Position numbers and translations under genes: made by a program. A stretch of DNA of 64,000 nt, from positions 108,868 through 172,867 of the IMG/VR virus record IMGVR_UViG_3300045988_142974; one strand, written 5' to 3'. Positions 34,737-45,800 of the stretch are shown in pieces. The notes beneath the pieces are model-generated. The model did not search any database. It was not told the DNA's origin and saw only the letters and a list, made by a program, of their open reading frames with translations. How positions within the stretch are numbered: the first letter of the stretch is position 1; the number at the start of each line of letters is the position of its first letter. The DNA is from a virus.

Positions 34737-35060
34737 ATAGAATACGATTTTGAAGGAAAAGAAAATGCTATCACGGCAGAACATTTAAGAAATGGTCAAA
34801 CTTGTAAAGTGGTTGGATTTGGTCAGTCAATGACACCAATACTTAAATCAGGTCAACCAGTAATTTGTAAGCCTGTGACAGAAGATACAGAGTTAAAAAA
34901 GAATGATATTGTACTCTGTAAGGTTAAAGGTAATTATTATTTACATAAAATTTCAGCAATTAAAAATGGTGTCAGTTACCAGATTTCAAATAATCATGGT
35001 CATATCAATGGCACAATTACAAGAAGCAATATCTTTGGTGTTGTTGTTGAAATCCTTTAA
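34737..35060 (+). CDS. stand-alone S24 (LexA/UmuD-type) peptidase domain; candidate ATA/ATT start
   Basis: GQSMTP (Ser), LHKISA (Lys), GDIV-like NDIVLC. In-frame TGA at 34728 then ATT 34734 / ATA 34737 just after GAGGTGA. Track start GTG 34809 has no SD. Confidence 0.5.
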   Translation: MEYDFEGKENAITAEHLRNGQTCKVVGFGQSMTPILKSGQPVICKPVTEDTELKKNDIVLCKVKGNYYLHKISAIKNGVSYQISNNHGHINGTITRSNIFGVVVEIL

Positions 35061-35172
35061 GACTCATTTGAGTTACAATTTCCAATAAAAATGAAAATCG
35101 AATAGAGAATAAGTAAGTGAAAGGAGTTCAGTGGAAATCACTGTTTCATTCGGATTTTGAGGAGGTGAGAAA

Positions 35173-35790
35173 GTGCCAACAGGTTATACAGCATATATAA
35201 AAGATGGAGATATTACAACAGGAAAAGACTTTTTAAAGCTTTGTCTTAGAAATTTTGGTATAGCTATTAATATGAGAGATGAGCCATTATCAAAACCAGT
35301 CCCAACTCAGTTTGAACCAAATCCTTATTACAAGAAAGATTACGAGAAAACTGTTGATGTTCGTAATAAATATAGACAAATGACTTTTGATGAAGCGAAG
35401 AAAGAGCTTATTGATAAGCATAAAAAAGATATGGAATCAGCAAAAAAGTCTCTCGATGAATTTATTGCAGAAGATGAGCGATATATGAAAGTTAGAGATG
35501 AAATTGAAAAGTGGATTCCACCAACATCTGAACATGAAAATGTTAAGAAGTTCGCATTAAATCAAATTGATATATCGCTAAATACAGATATGAGAGAATA
35601 TTGTAATAAGGAATTAAAAAAAGATTTAGACATTAGCGATGAAGCAGTTCATTTATATATGAATGAGATTAATGAGTTTTATGAAAACAGTGTTACTAGA
35701 GCATATAAAAAATGGCAGGAAGAATTAAAGAGAACTGCTGATAAAAATATGTGGATGAAACAATTCTTAGATAGTTTAGAGAATATATAA
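35173..35790 (+). CDS. hypothetical protein
   Basis: GTG 4 nt after GAGGTGA; 205 aa. Confidence 0.55.
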   Translation: MPTGYTAYIKDGDITTGKDFLKLCLRNFGIAINMRDEPLSKPVPTQFEPNPYYKKDYEKTVDVRNKYRQMTFDEAKKELIDKHKKDMESAKKSLDEFIAEDERYMKVRDEIEKWIPPTSEHENVKKFALNQIDISLNTDMREYCNKELKKDLDISDEAVHLYMNEINEFYENSVTRAYKKWQEELKRTADKNMWMKQFLDSLENI

Positions 35791-35803
35791 GTGAGGTGAG
35801 AAA

Positions 35804-36247
35804 GTGGCAGATTTTAGATTTAATGAAGATTTTGCAAATAATTGGAAGTCAGGTCAGATAGTTATTTGTGAAGAAAAAGAAGGTGGTTATTTAATTGATA
35901 AAGCTGCACTTATTGAAAAGGACGAACTTTTAAAACATGGTGAATTTATCACAATGAATGTTCAGATATTGGGACATATGCAATCAAATGGTGTAGATGA
36001 TTTATTCATGTACGATAGAGATTTCAAGCCAGGAGACACAGTAAAACATTTCAAAGGTGGTTTCTATAAGATTGTTGCCATTGGAACTAATACAGAAACA
36101 GAAGAAAAGATGGTTGCGTATCAGAATTTAAAGGATCAGAGAGTATGGATTAGACCATATGATATGTTTATCAGTAAAGTGGATAGAGAGAAATATCCAA
36201 ATGCTTATCAGCCATATAGATTTATCAAAGTAAAGATTACTGCTTAG
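35804..36247 (+). CDS. protein with C-terminal DUF1653-like domain
   Basis: VKHFKGGFYKIVAIGTNTETEEKMVAYQNL..VWIRPYDMF resembles DUF1653. Confidence 0.5.
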   Translation: MADFRFNEDFANNWKSGQIVICEEKEGGYLIDKAALIEKDELLKHGEFITMNVQILGHMQSNGVDDLFMYDRDFKPGDTVKHFKGGFYKIVAIGTNTETEEKMVAYQNLKDQRVWIRPYDMFISKVDREKYPNAYQPYRFIKVKITA

Positions 36248-36248
36248 T

Positions 36249-36306
36249 AATTAGTCTTGAACGATTCAGTTCAAAAATTCCAAAAATCAAAACTGAATAG
36301 AGAATA
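36249..36306 (+). repeat. post-stop intergenic module, copy 2
   Basis: aattagtcTTGAACgattcaGTTCAAaaattccaaaaatcaaaactgaatagagaata. Confidence 0.6.
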
Positions 36307-36480
36307 TAAATATGGGTGGAAGAACAGCATACCCTTGGGTTTTTATACTCAAAAATCACTGTTGAAGATAGATTTTGCATAAATTTATTTTCTGTGTTCC
36401 GTCCATCTGGGCGTTTAGATAGATTGTTTTATTAACAATATTTACATAATTTTTTTTAATTTTAAGGAGGACATTTTTAA

Positions 36481-37374
36481 ATGGCAGAGACAACAACAAA
36501 GGAAACAAATTTAAGACAGGCAAATGCAAAGGCAACAGCAGTAGGTGTAGTTAGTGAGAAGGATCTGAAGATTGTAACAGAGGATGGAAAGAATAAGGTA
36601 ACAGGTCATATTACAGTCAAGACTTCTGATGTGAATTTCGTTAAGTACAACGTCAATGTAAATGAGAAGACTAAAGCTGGTACTGATAACAAAACTTATG
36701 CAGGCATTCAGACAGTAATGAACGAGTACAAGTCTATTGCAGAAGTTGGTGAGGAAGAGGCTACAAAGGTTAGAGTAACTGGTGATATTAGTCCATTCAC
36801 AGGTAAGAATGGTGAGAAGATTGTATCTTACAAGAGCAATTTCTTCAATAGATTAAAGGCTGGCGAGGATTATGATCCACACGCAGAGTTCGCAATTGAG
36901 GTATTCATTTCTGGTATCAATCCTGAACTTGATACTGACGGTGTTGAGACAGGAAGAATCGTAGTAAGCGGATGGATGCCTACATATAACGGAATTGAGC
37001 CAATCGACCTTGTGGCAGAGGGTGAAGTAGGACAGGCTGTTGATTCAGGATTTGAGGTAGGACAGACAGTAGAATTCTACGGAGACATTATTAATAACAG
37101 AATTGAGACTGTAACAGAGATTCCAGTTAAGATTGGTAAGCCAAGAAAGAAGGTATCTGTAGAGATTAAGAGTGATCTTCTTATCACAGGTGCGTCTGAA
37201 GCATATGAGGAGGGCATTACACCAGAGCTTCCATATGTCGCTGAAACAATTCAGGCTGCAATTCAGGAGAGAGCAAATCGTCTTGAGGAAGCAAAAGCTA
37301 AAGCTCAGAGTGGTGCAAAGGCATCTACTGCAAAGCCAAGTGGTGCAGCACATGGTAGAAGTTTAGGTTTCTAA
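36481..37374 (+). CDS. abundant early protein, putative ssDNA-binding protein
   Basis: Strongest SD in window (TAAGGAGG). Heads the replication module. Ala/Lys/Ser-rich flexible tail ending in hydrophobic LGF. Function inferred from position only. Confidence 0.4.
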   Translation: MAETTTKETNLRQANAKATAVGVVSEKDLKIVTEDGKNKVTGHITVKTSDVNFVKYNVNVNEKTKAGTDNKTYAGIQTVMNEYKSIAEVGEEEATKVRVTGDISPFTGKNGEKIVSYKSNFFNRLKAGEDYDPHAEFAIEVFISGINPELDTDGVETGRIVVSGWMPTYNGIEPIDLVAEGEVGQAVDSGFEVGQTVEFYGDIINNRIETVTEIPVKIGKPRKKVSVEIKSDLLITGASEAYEEGITPELPYVAETIQAAIQERANRLEEAKAKAQSGAKASTAKPSGAAHGRSLGF

Positions 37375-37461
37375 TCTAACTTTGTTGTAGGTACGAATGA
37401 AATAGTTTGAAATATGTACCATTTTTATAAAAAAATATTTTTAAAAATAAAGGAGAATTAC

Positions 37462-38451
37462 ATGAACGAATTAGATATTTTTAATCCACAGGTCAGCACA
37501 GTAGCAAAAGGTTTAGAGGGCAAGGTTATTCTTGTCTATGGTGGAAATAACTTAGGAAAGACTAAACAGGCAACTCGTATGAAGAAGCCATTCTATCTTC
37601 CATTCGAGGCAGGTCTTAATGCCATTCCTGGTGTTCCATATTGTCCTATTACAAAGTGGTCTGACTTCATTAAGATTAACAAGCAGCTTACAGATCCTGC
37701 AACAGTAGAGAAGGCAAGAGAAATGTATTCAACAATTATCTTTGATGAGATTGAAGCGGCTGCAAATTACTGTCAGGAATTTATTTGCCAGAAGTATAAA
37801 GCTCCTTCAATCGGAGAAGGAAACGGTGGATATGGACTTTGGAAAGAGTATGAGACTGAGTTCTGGAAGCAGATTAACAAGTTACTTGGTGCTGGATATT
37901 GCTGTTACTTTATTGCACATGCACAGGAGAAGGATGGATACATTTCACCAAAGGCTGATAAGAGAGCGTTAGCACCTATCATTAATAATACAGACTTATG
38001 TGTTTATGTTCGTTCTAATGGTGTTGATAAAGACGGTAAGGTTGTTAAGTCTTCTGGTTTCTTAGCACAGACAGATGAGTTCTTTGCTCGTTCTCGTTTC
38101 GATTATCTTCCTACTACTTATATTGAGGAGTTCACTGCTGAAGCTCTTGAAGATGTAATTATTAAGGCTATTGAGATTCAGGAGAGAGAAGAGGGAATCA
38201 CAGCAGTTACATATGAGGAGCAGAAAGCACAGAGAACAGTTGATGTTAAATCATATGATGACCTCATGGACGAGCTACAGAAACTTGGAGAGAAGCTTGC
38301 TGATAATGGATATCTTGAGGATTTACAGACAATCGTTGCAAATCAGTTAGGCGAAGGTAAGAAGGCTAGTGATCTGAAGAAAGGTCAGGAACAGCTTATT
38401 GAAGCAATCATTTATGATATTGAGAGTTTCATTGAGGAGAATAACTTATAA
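37462..38451 (+). CDS. RecA-fold ATPase, AAA_24 / Sak4-like
   Basis: VILVYGGNNLGKT Walker A, IIFDEIE Walker B. Confidence 0.65.
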   Translation: MNELDIFNPQVSTVAKGLEGKVILVYGGNNLGKTKQATRMKKPFYLPFEAGLNAIPGVPYCPITKWSDFIKINKQLTDPATVEKAREMYSTIIFDEIEAAANYCQEFICQKYKAPSIGEGNGGYGLWKEYETEFWKQINKLLGAGYCCYFIAHAQEKDGYISPKADKRALAPIINNTDLCVYVRSNGVDKDGKVVKSSGFLAQTDEFFARSRFDYLPTTYIEEFTAEALEDVIIKAIEIQEREEGITAVTYEEQKAQRTVDVKSYDDLMDELQKLGEKLADNGYLEDLQTIVANQLGEGKKASDLKKGQEQLIEAIIYDIESFIEENNL

Positions 38452-38462
38452 GAGGTTGATAC

Positions 38463-39053
38463 ATGGCAGCTCGAAGAAAATGCGTAATATGCAATGAGCC
38501 AATTGTAGATGAGGATGGCGTTCCATACAAGGGACGCTATGCTCATAAAAAATGTTTTAATATTGCAATCAAGACATTGCAGAAAGATAAAACTGAACAG
38601 ATAGATAAAGTTGCTACAAAGAAAAAAGTCGGTAGAAAGGCTAGACCTCAAGCTGAATTGAAAGAAGCATTGTCCGAAGAGGAATATGCAAAAAAGCAAC
38701 AGTATTATAAGTATTTAAGAAGTCTCATCGAAGGAGAAGAATTAAGTACAAAAGTATATGCCTTAACAGAAGATTATATCAAGCGTTATGGTTTTACATA
38801 CGAAAGCATGTATAAGACTCTGGTTTATCTGCATGAAATCATTGAAAAGGATTTAACTGGTGATGTAATTGGTATTGTTCCATATTATCACACAGAAGCA
38901 ATGCAGTATTATGAGTCGGTTGATAAATTGGAAGAACATAATGAAAGTATTGATATTTCAAATATGTACAAAGAAAAGACCATTATTGTTCAACCTAAAA
39001 GGAGAAAAATAAAACAGATTGATATTCAGTCAATTGGGAAAGGGGTGAAATAA
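38463..39053 (+). CDS. Zn-finger protein, unknown function (possible helicase loader or initiator by position)
   Basis: CVICNEP...HKKC; AAGAGG SD. Confidence 0.5.
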   Translation: MAARRKCVICNEPIVDEDGVPYKGRYAHKKCFNIAIKTLQKDKTEQIDKVATKKKVGRKARPQAELKEALSEEEYAKKQQYYKYLRSLIEGEELSTKVYALTEDYIKRYGFTYESMYKTLVYLHEIIEKDLTGDVIGIVPYYHTEAMQYYESVDKLEEHNESIDISNMYKEKTIIVQPKRRKIKQIDIQSIGKGVK

Positions 39054-40681
39054 TGGCACATGAAGGACTTGTAGACAAAAGAGCATATTTGAATACGATT
39101 GGTTGTTTAATACAAGATTCTTCCTTAATAGATGATATTGATAGACCATTAGATAGAACTGATTTTAATACAGAGAACTTCTATGAATTGCTATTTGTTG
39201 CAATTTACAATCTACATATGCAAGGTTGCACCACAATTGATGAATTTAGTATAGATTCATATCTAAGCAATTACAAAGAGCAGTATTCAATTTTTCAGGA
39301 GAATCAAGGTATAGAATATCTTTCAAATGCAAGAGATATAGCTACCATTGAGAACTATGATTATTATTATCACAGATTAAGAAAATACGCATTGCTTAGA
39401 TATTATGAGCAAAAAGGTCTTGATACAAGATTTATTTTTGACAGTACCATTGCAGATACCTCAAAGATGGAAGCTGAACAAATTAAGTTTGACAATTATA
39501 CTGAGCAAGACATTATTGAAATGGTTGAAGCGACATTTGTTATTAATCCCAATATGAAATATTGTACCAATACACTAAGTACAGATGTTCAGGCTGGTGA
39601 TGGCATGACAGATTTGGTAAATGAATTGATGGAAGTTCCTGATGTTGGTTTAGCCTTGAATAACGAGGGATTGAACACTGTATCAAGAGGTGCGAGATTA
39701 GGATGTTTATTTATGAGATCATGTCCTCAAGGTGGTGGTAAAACTCGTATGGCTGCTGGTGATGCTTGTAAAATTGCAGTTCCGTATTTTTATGATGTTG
39801 TATCAAAGCAGTATGTGTATACAGGAAATTGTGAGCCGACTACTATTTTCTCAACTGAGATGCCAGTAGATGAAATACAGACATTATTAATTGCAGCCGT
39901 TAGTAAAGTAAATGAGGAACATATTCTATATGGTACATATGAACAAGGAGAATTAGAAAGAGTTCAACAAGCCATTTCTTATATCGAATCTAGTCCATTA
40001 TATATCGTACATATTCCTGATTTTTCCATTGAAGACATTAAAAACCAGATAAAAAAATACAACCGAGAATTTTCTGTTAGGTATTTTTTCTTTGACTATA
40101 TTCATACCTCATTACGTTTAATGGCAGAAGTAAATAGTAAATCTGGAATGGGATTGAAAGAGCATCAGTTATTATTGGTATTTGCAACTGAATTAAAGAC
40201 GATTGCTCAACAGTTAGATGTGTTTATTTATACTGCTTCTCAGTTAAATGGTGAAGCACAAAATGCACAGTATAAGGATCAGAATTTGTTGGCTGGTTCA
40301 AAAGCATTAGCGAATAAATTGGATATGGGTGTTATTTCAATGGCTCCCACCAAAGCAGAGAAAAAGAAAATCGAATCAGTGTTACATAAAATGGTTAATA
40401 TGCCTGTACCTAATATGTGTCATTGGGTATACAAAGTCAGACGAGGAAGATTAACACGAATCATTATTTGGACAAAAATTGATTTGGGTACTATGACAGA
40501 ACAGTGTTTGTTTGTAACGAATTATGATTTTGAGTTAATTGATATGGATTTTACAAAGATTGAGCAGGTAGAAGAGAAGATTAAGGAACATTCTGTATTG
40601 CTATCTCAAGTACCTGATAATCCGATTGATGAAGAACAGGAAGAAGAACCAACTGATAAGAAGAGTTGGGGAAATTGGTAA
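39053..40681 (+). CDS. dnaB: DnaB-family replicative helicase
   Basis: DnaB-like N-domain, Walker A CPQGGGKT, FFFDYIH, ASQLNG. Confidence 0.8.
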   Translation: MAHEGLVDKRAYLNTIGCLIQDSSLIDDIDRPLDRTDFNTENFYELLFVAIYNLHMQGCTTIDEFSIDSYLSNYKEQYSIFQENQGIEYLSNARDIATIENYDYYYHRLRKYALLRYYEQKGLDTRFIFDSTIADTSKMEAEQIKFDNYTEQDIIEMVEATFVINPNMKYCTNTLSTDVQAGDGMTDLVNELMEVPDVGLALNNEGLNTVSRGARLGCLFMRSCPQGGGKTRMAAGDACKIAVPYFYDVVSKQYVYTGNCEPTTIFSTEMPVDEIQTLLIAAVSKVNEEHILYGTYEQGELERVQQAISYIESSPLYIVHIPDFSIEDIKNQIKKYNREFSVRYFFFDYIHTSLRLMAEVNSKSGMGLKEHQLLLVFATELKTIAQQLDVFIYTASQLNGEAQNAQYKDQNLLAGSKALANKLDMGVISMAPTKAEKKKIESVLHKMVNMPVPNMCHWVYKVRRGRLTRIIIWTKIDLGTMTEQCLFVTNYDFELIDMDFTKIEQVEEKIKEHSVLLSQVPDNPIDEEQEEEPTDKKSWGNW

Positions 40682-40694
40682 GTGAGGTGAGAGT

Positions 40695-41861
40695 ATGTAT
40701 TTAGACAAGGATGCAATTCTTAACTCACTTACTAAGGAAGATATAATAACAATTGTTACTTATTTTGGCTCTAGTTATCCAAAAACAGATAGTAATGGCG
40801 ATTTAATATTCCAATCGGTATGTCACGGATCAGATTCGTGGAAATTGTATTATTATCACGAACCAAATGAGGATAAAGGGTACAAAGGAAGAACTTTTCA
40901 TTGTTACTCTAAATGTTCAGATAGTTTTAACGTTGTTGAATTAGTAATTAGAGCCAATAGAGTTAAAGGAAAGACAGTTACATGGTATAAAGCGTTGCAT
41001 TTTATTGGGCAACTTACAGGAAAGTTAGCTGTTACAAGTGCTGATGAGATTGAGAAAGAAAAGAATCGTATTAATGATTTTGAATGGATTAATCGTTTGA
41101 AGTCAGTAAAAAAGAATAGACGTGAAGTACCTACATTGTCTGAAATTAGTGAAAATATCTTAGACACATTCTACTATGCACCTCATGAAGATTGGTTAAA
41201 TGACAACATTTCTCGTGAAGCTTTGAGCAGGTATGAGATTGGTTATTATGGATTGACCAATCAAATCGTAATTCCACATCGGGACAAAGACAATCGGTTG
41301 ATTGGAATTAGAGGTCGTTATCTTGATGAATCTGATATTGAAAGAGTAGGAAAGTATGTTCCGCTTCAAATAAGTGGGAAGTTTCTTAGTCATCAATTAG
41401 GTTCAAATCTATATGGAATCAATGTTACCCAAAACAAAATTAAATCAATACGAAAAGCAATGCTGCTTGAGTCGGAAAAAGGATGTATGCAAAATTATTC
41501 GTACTTTGGAGAAGATTCATTTGCAGTAGCAACTTGCGGAAGTAATATTACTGTCACTCAGCAAAAATTATTGTTGCAATATCTCAAATGTGAAGAAGTG
41601 ATTGTGGCTTTTGATAGAGAATACCAGGATGCACATTCTTTCGAGGCAGAGATTTATTATAACAAACTTGTAAAAAAAGTAGCAGGATTAGTGCCATATT
41701 GTAAAGTTTGTTTGTTATTAGACAGTGAGAATAGATTGCCTTATAAAGCCAGTCCTACAGATATGGGGAAAGAAACATTGTTGGAATTATTAGATGAGAA
41801 GATTGTTATCACAATGGATGAAGTTAATAGAGTGTTGAAAGAATCAAAGAAGGAGAAGTAA
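40695..41861 (+). CDS. dnaG: DNA primase (CHC2 Zn finger plus TOPRIM)
   Basis: SVCHGSDSWKL..FHCYSKCSDSFNVVELV; LLESEKG and VAFDREYQD TOPRIM acids. Confidence 0.75.
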   Translation: MYLDKDAILNSLTKEDIITIVTYFGSSYPKTDSNGDLIFQSVCHGSDSWKLYYYHEPNEDKGYKGRTFHCYSKCSDSFNVVELVIRANRVKGKTVTWYKALHFIGQLTGKLAVTSADEIEKEKNRINDFEWINRLKSVKKNRREVPTLSEISENILDTFYYAPHEDWLNDNISREALSRYEIGYYGLTNQIVIPHRDKDNRLIGIRGRYLDESDIERVGKYVPLQISGKFLSHQLGSNLYGINVTQNKIKSIRKAMLLESEKGCMQNYSYFGEDSFAVATCGSNITVTQQKLLLQYLKCEEVIVAFDREYQDAHSFEAEIYYNKLVKKVAGLVPYCKVCLLLDSENRLPYKASPTDMGKETLLELLDEKIVITMDEVNRVLKESKKEK

Positions 41862-42833
41862 TTGCAAGAATTAAAAGATAGAGTAAGACCTGTAACTGAT
41901 AAGGACAAAGGTTTACCTACATTTTCATATAGTAAAATTGAGGTTTTCAAAAATTGTCCTCTTCAGTATAAGTTTAAATATATGGATAAGAAGTATTCAC
42001 ATGATACTTCAATTGCACTTGAGTTGGGTAGTCTGTGTCATTATGTTTTGGAACAGAAGGGCAGGATGATTGCTTCTGGTCAAGCAGTAGATTATGACAA
42101 GTTAAATAATATTCTACAGAATGGAGTGACCGAAACAGACGAAAAAACAAAAGAAGAATTATTAGGTGTAGCACAACTAAGAAGAAAATATTTCGAAGTA
42201 TGGCACGAAGCTGATAATGCGAGTGGTGCTTCATATGAAGAAAAAATAAAACTATTTGACAAAGTGTTACACGAAGAAATGGAAGATACTACTTGGCAGC
42301 CTACATATTTTGAAAAACCTTTTGAATTTGTATGGGATAATAAAGTTATTTTAAAAGGTTTTATTGACCGAATTGATGTAAAGGATGGTCAGTATAGAAT
42401 GGTTGATTATAAGACTTCCAAGAAAATATATGATCAGAGTAAATTGGCAACTTCATTACAGTTTGGAATTTATGCCTTGGCAATTTTAAACGAATTTGGT
42501 GAATTGCCTATTGAATCGCAGTATAGATTCATCCTTATAGATGATGAACAATATGCTCTTACAAAAGGATGGGAAAAACGTTTAATCAAAGCACTTGATA
42601 AAGTGTTTGGTGATATTGAAGCAAGTGAGAATAAAAATCTGTTTATTCCGAAACCCACGCCATTGTGTCATTGGTGCAATTTCTGCACAACAAATCCAGA
42701 AGCAACTATTTATAAAAATGAATGTGAATATTATTCAAAGTGGACACCAACTCAAAAGACATTTGAAGTCAATAAAAAGTGGAATGCTTTGGAGAATAAT
42801 AATACAGAGAAGAAAAGAAAGTTGGTATTTTAA
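41862..42833 (+). CDS. PD-(D/E)xK exonuclease, Cas4/RecB-like with C-terminal Fe-S cysteines
   Basis: FSYSKIEVFKNCPLQYKFKY, GFIDRIDV..MVDYKTSKK, CHWCNFC. Confidence 0.8.
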   Translation: MQELKDRVRPVTDKDKGLPTFSYSKIEVFKNCPLQYKFKYMDKKYSHDTSIALELGSLCHYVLEQKGRMIASGQAVDYDKLNNILQNGVTETDEKTKEELLGVAQLRRKYFEVWHEADNASGASYEEKIKLFDKVLHEEMEDTTWQPTYFEKPFEFVWDNKVILKGFIDRIDVKDGQYRMVDYKTSKKIYDQSKLATSLQFGIYALAILNEFGELPIESQYRFILIDDEQYALTKGWEKRLIKALDKVFGDIEASENKNLFIPKPTPLCHWCNFCTTNPEATIYKNECEYYSKWTPTQKTFEVNKKWNALENNNTEKKRKLVF

Positions 42834-42899
42834 TGACAGAAGAAAAGTTGAAAATGATTGAGCCTATTTATGACTCGTTTGAATAAAAGGAGGATTTGA

Positions 42900-45800
42900 G
42901 TGAGTTTTTTTGGAGTACATAACCATAGTGCAGAGGGAAGCAATTTAAGACTTCGAGATTCTATAAATAAAGTGCCTGAAATGATTGAGTATGCTCACTC
43001 ATTAGGTCATGCTGGTATTTGCTTTACGGAACATGAATCTATCACTTCCTCTTTAGATGCACTTAAATACTATGATAGTCACAAGGATTTAGAAGGATGG
43101 GAGAATTTTAAAGTTGTTCTTGGTAATGAGATATATTTGTGTACAGAAGATGTAACTGCCGAGAATAAATTTAATAATAGATATCCTCATTTTATTTTAG
43201 TAGCATTAAATGCTCATGGGCATCAAGGCATTAGAGAATTAAGCACAAAAGCTTGGACTAAGAACTCTTTTATGCATGTCATGATGCGAGTTCCTACCTA
43301 TTATAGTGATCTTGAAGAAATGATGGCAAACTATAAAGGAGATATTATCGGAAGCTCGGCTTGCCTCGGGGGAGCATTACCACATAGACTTTTACAGTTT
43401 CAGGATTTAGAAAGAGCAAATCCAAAGGAATATGAAAAAATATGGCAATCTTGTAAAGATTGGATTGCATATATGAATGAGATATTTGGTGAAGGATACT
43501 TCTTTTTAGAGTTGCAACCTTCTCATATGTTGGAACAAATCTATGTCAATCACAAGTTAATTCAGTTATCAGAAGAGACAGGTACACCATATATCATTAC
43601 AACGGATGCTCATTATCTTAAAAAAGAAGATAGACAGATACATAAAATCTTTTTGGAATCTCAAGACGGCGACAGAGAGGTGGATGATTTTTATTCTACC
43701 ACTTATATTATGAGTGAAGATGAAATTCATGAATATATGGACGAATACTATGGTCACGATGTAGTTCAAAAAGGATTAGATAATACAATGCTTATATATG
43801 GAAAAGCAGAGTATTACAAACTCACAAAAGACCTCGATATTCCGTACATTCCATTAAATACTTCTGAACCGAACAAAGAATTGTATGAAAAGTTTAAGAA
43901 TCAAATCCCTTTATTAAGTGAGTTTTATCATTCTGAATACGATTGTGATAGGCATTTAGTAAGAGATATTGTTGCTTATATTGACACAGATCCTTATTAC
44001 CAAACAGACGAAGCTTATGAAAAAATAAACGAATGTCTTCATTATATAAAGGATTCATCCGAAAAAATGAAGGTTCGTTGGTCTAAATATCTTCTTCAGA
44101 TTGCTATTGATGTACAAATTGCTTGGAGTGCAGGTACATTAGTAGGGGCTGGTCGAGGTTCTGGTGTAGGTTTCTGTCTATTAAATATTCTTGGTATCAC
44201 ACAGATTAATCCATTAAGAGAAAAAACAAAGACATATCCTTGGAGATTCTTGAATCCAGAACGTGCTTCTGTTTTGGATATTGATATTGATATATGTGGT
44301 TCAAAGCGTGAAGCAGTTATTCAGGCTATGAAAGATACATATGGAGAAGATAGAGTTAGTAAGGTTATGACATTATCAACTGAAAAGAGTAGAAGTGCTA
44401 TCTTAACAGCAGCTCGTGGTTTGAAGATTGATAATGATATAGCTCAGTATATTAGTTCATTGATTGTAGCTGATAGAGGTCAATTAAGAACTTTATCACA
44501 AATGTATTATGGTGATGATGATAACCCACCTGTACAAGAATTTGTTACAGAAATGAATAAATATCCTGAATTATGGGAAGCTGCACAGAAGATAGAAGGA
44601 CTTGTCAATGGTGTAGGTTCACATGCAGGTGGAATTATCTTAGTTGATAGACCATTTACAGATACAACAGCACTTATGAAAACAAATTCAGGTGATGTTA
44701 TTACTCAGTTTGATTTACATATGTGTGAAGATTGTTCTCTTATTAAGGTCGATCTGCTTTGTATTGATGCTTTGGATAAAATGCAAGCAGAGTTGGAACT
44801 GCTTTTGGAGAATAATGTAATAGAGTGGCAAGGTTCATTGAAAGCTACTTATGAAAAATATATTGGTGTATATACTTTGGAACGTAATGCTAAAGATATG
44901 TGGGAAATGCTTTGGAATCACAAAGTAATGTCATTCTTTCAGATGGAGAAAGAGAGTGGCGTACAGGCGGTTGCATTAGCAAAACCTGCTTCTGTCGATG
45001 AATTAGCAACCATTAACTCAGTATTGCGACTTATGGCACAGGAAAAAGGTGCTGAAACACCATTACAGAAATATGCTCGTTTTAGAGAAAATATCCAGTA
45101 TTGGTATGATGAAATGACTGAATATGGTCTGACACAAGAAGAACAAGATATTCTGAAAGATATTATTGGAGTATCATTTGGTATCTGTGAAGCCCAGGAG
45201 TATTTGGTACTTTTGACAATGCATCCGAAGATTGGCGGCTTCTCACTAGCTTGGGGTGATAGATTAAGAAAAGCGGTCGCAAAGAAGAAGCCAAAAGAGT
45301 TCTTGCAATTACAAGAAGAGTTCTTTGCTAATGCGGAAGAGAAGCATTTATCAAAGAATTTAACGACCTATGTGTGGAATGTGCTTATTTGCACTCAGCG
45401 AGGGTATGGATTCAACAAAAGTCATACACTAGCCTACTCGATTATAGGTCTTCAAGAGCTGAATTTGTGTTATAAATATAGCCCGATTTACTGGCAGACA
45501 GCGAATTTAATTGTAGATTCTGGTGCAGTAGATGAAAATGCAGGTGATTCTACCAATTATGGAAAGATGGCAATAGCAATAGCGGCTGTTCAAAAAGAGA
45601 ATGTAAAAGTAGAACTTCCACTTATCAACTCAGCAGACTTTGGTTTTAAAGCAGATGTTGAGAACAATCGTATCATTTTTGGACTAAAGGGTATCAATGG
45701 TATAGGCGATGATATTGTACAAGCAATTATTCAGAACAGACCATTTAATTCTATGGAAGATTTCGCTCATAAAATGCTTGATACAAAGCTTATTACCAAG

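Noticed and set aside
36312-36365. Mini-ORFs inside leaders (36312-36365, 17 codons; 4- to 9-codon ORFs after the GAAAGGAG boxes at ~16551 and ~35129; 42834-42887, 17 codons)
   Set aside because: They are too short and too poorly conserved between leader copies to call as genes. They are noted only as possible leader peptides in the leader findings.
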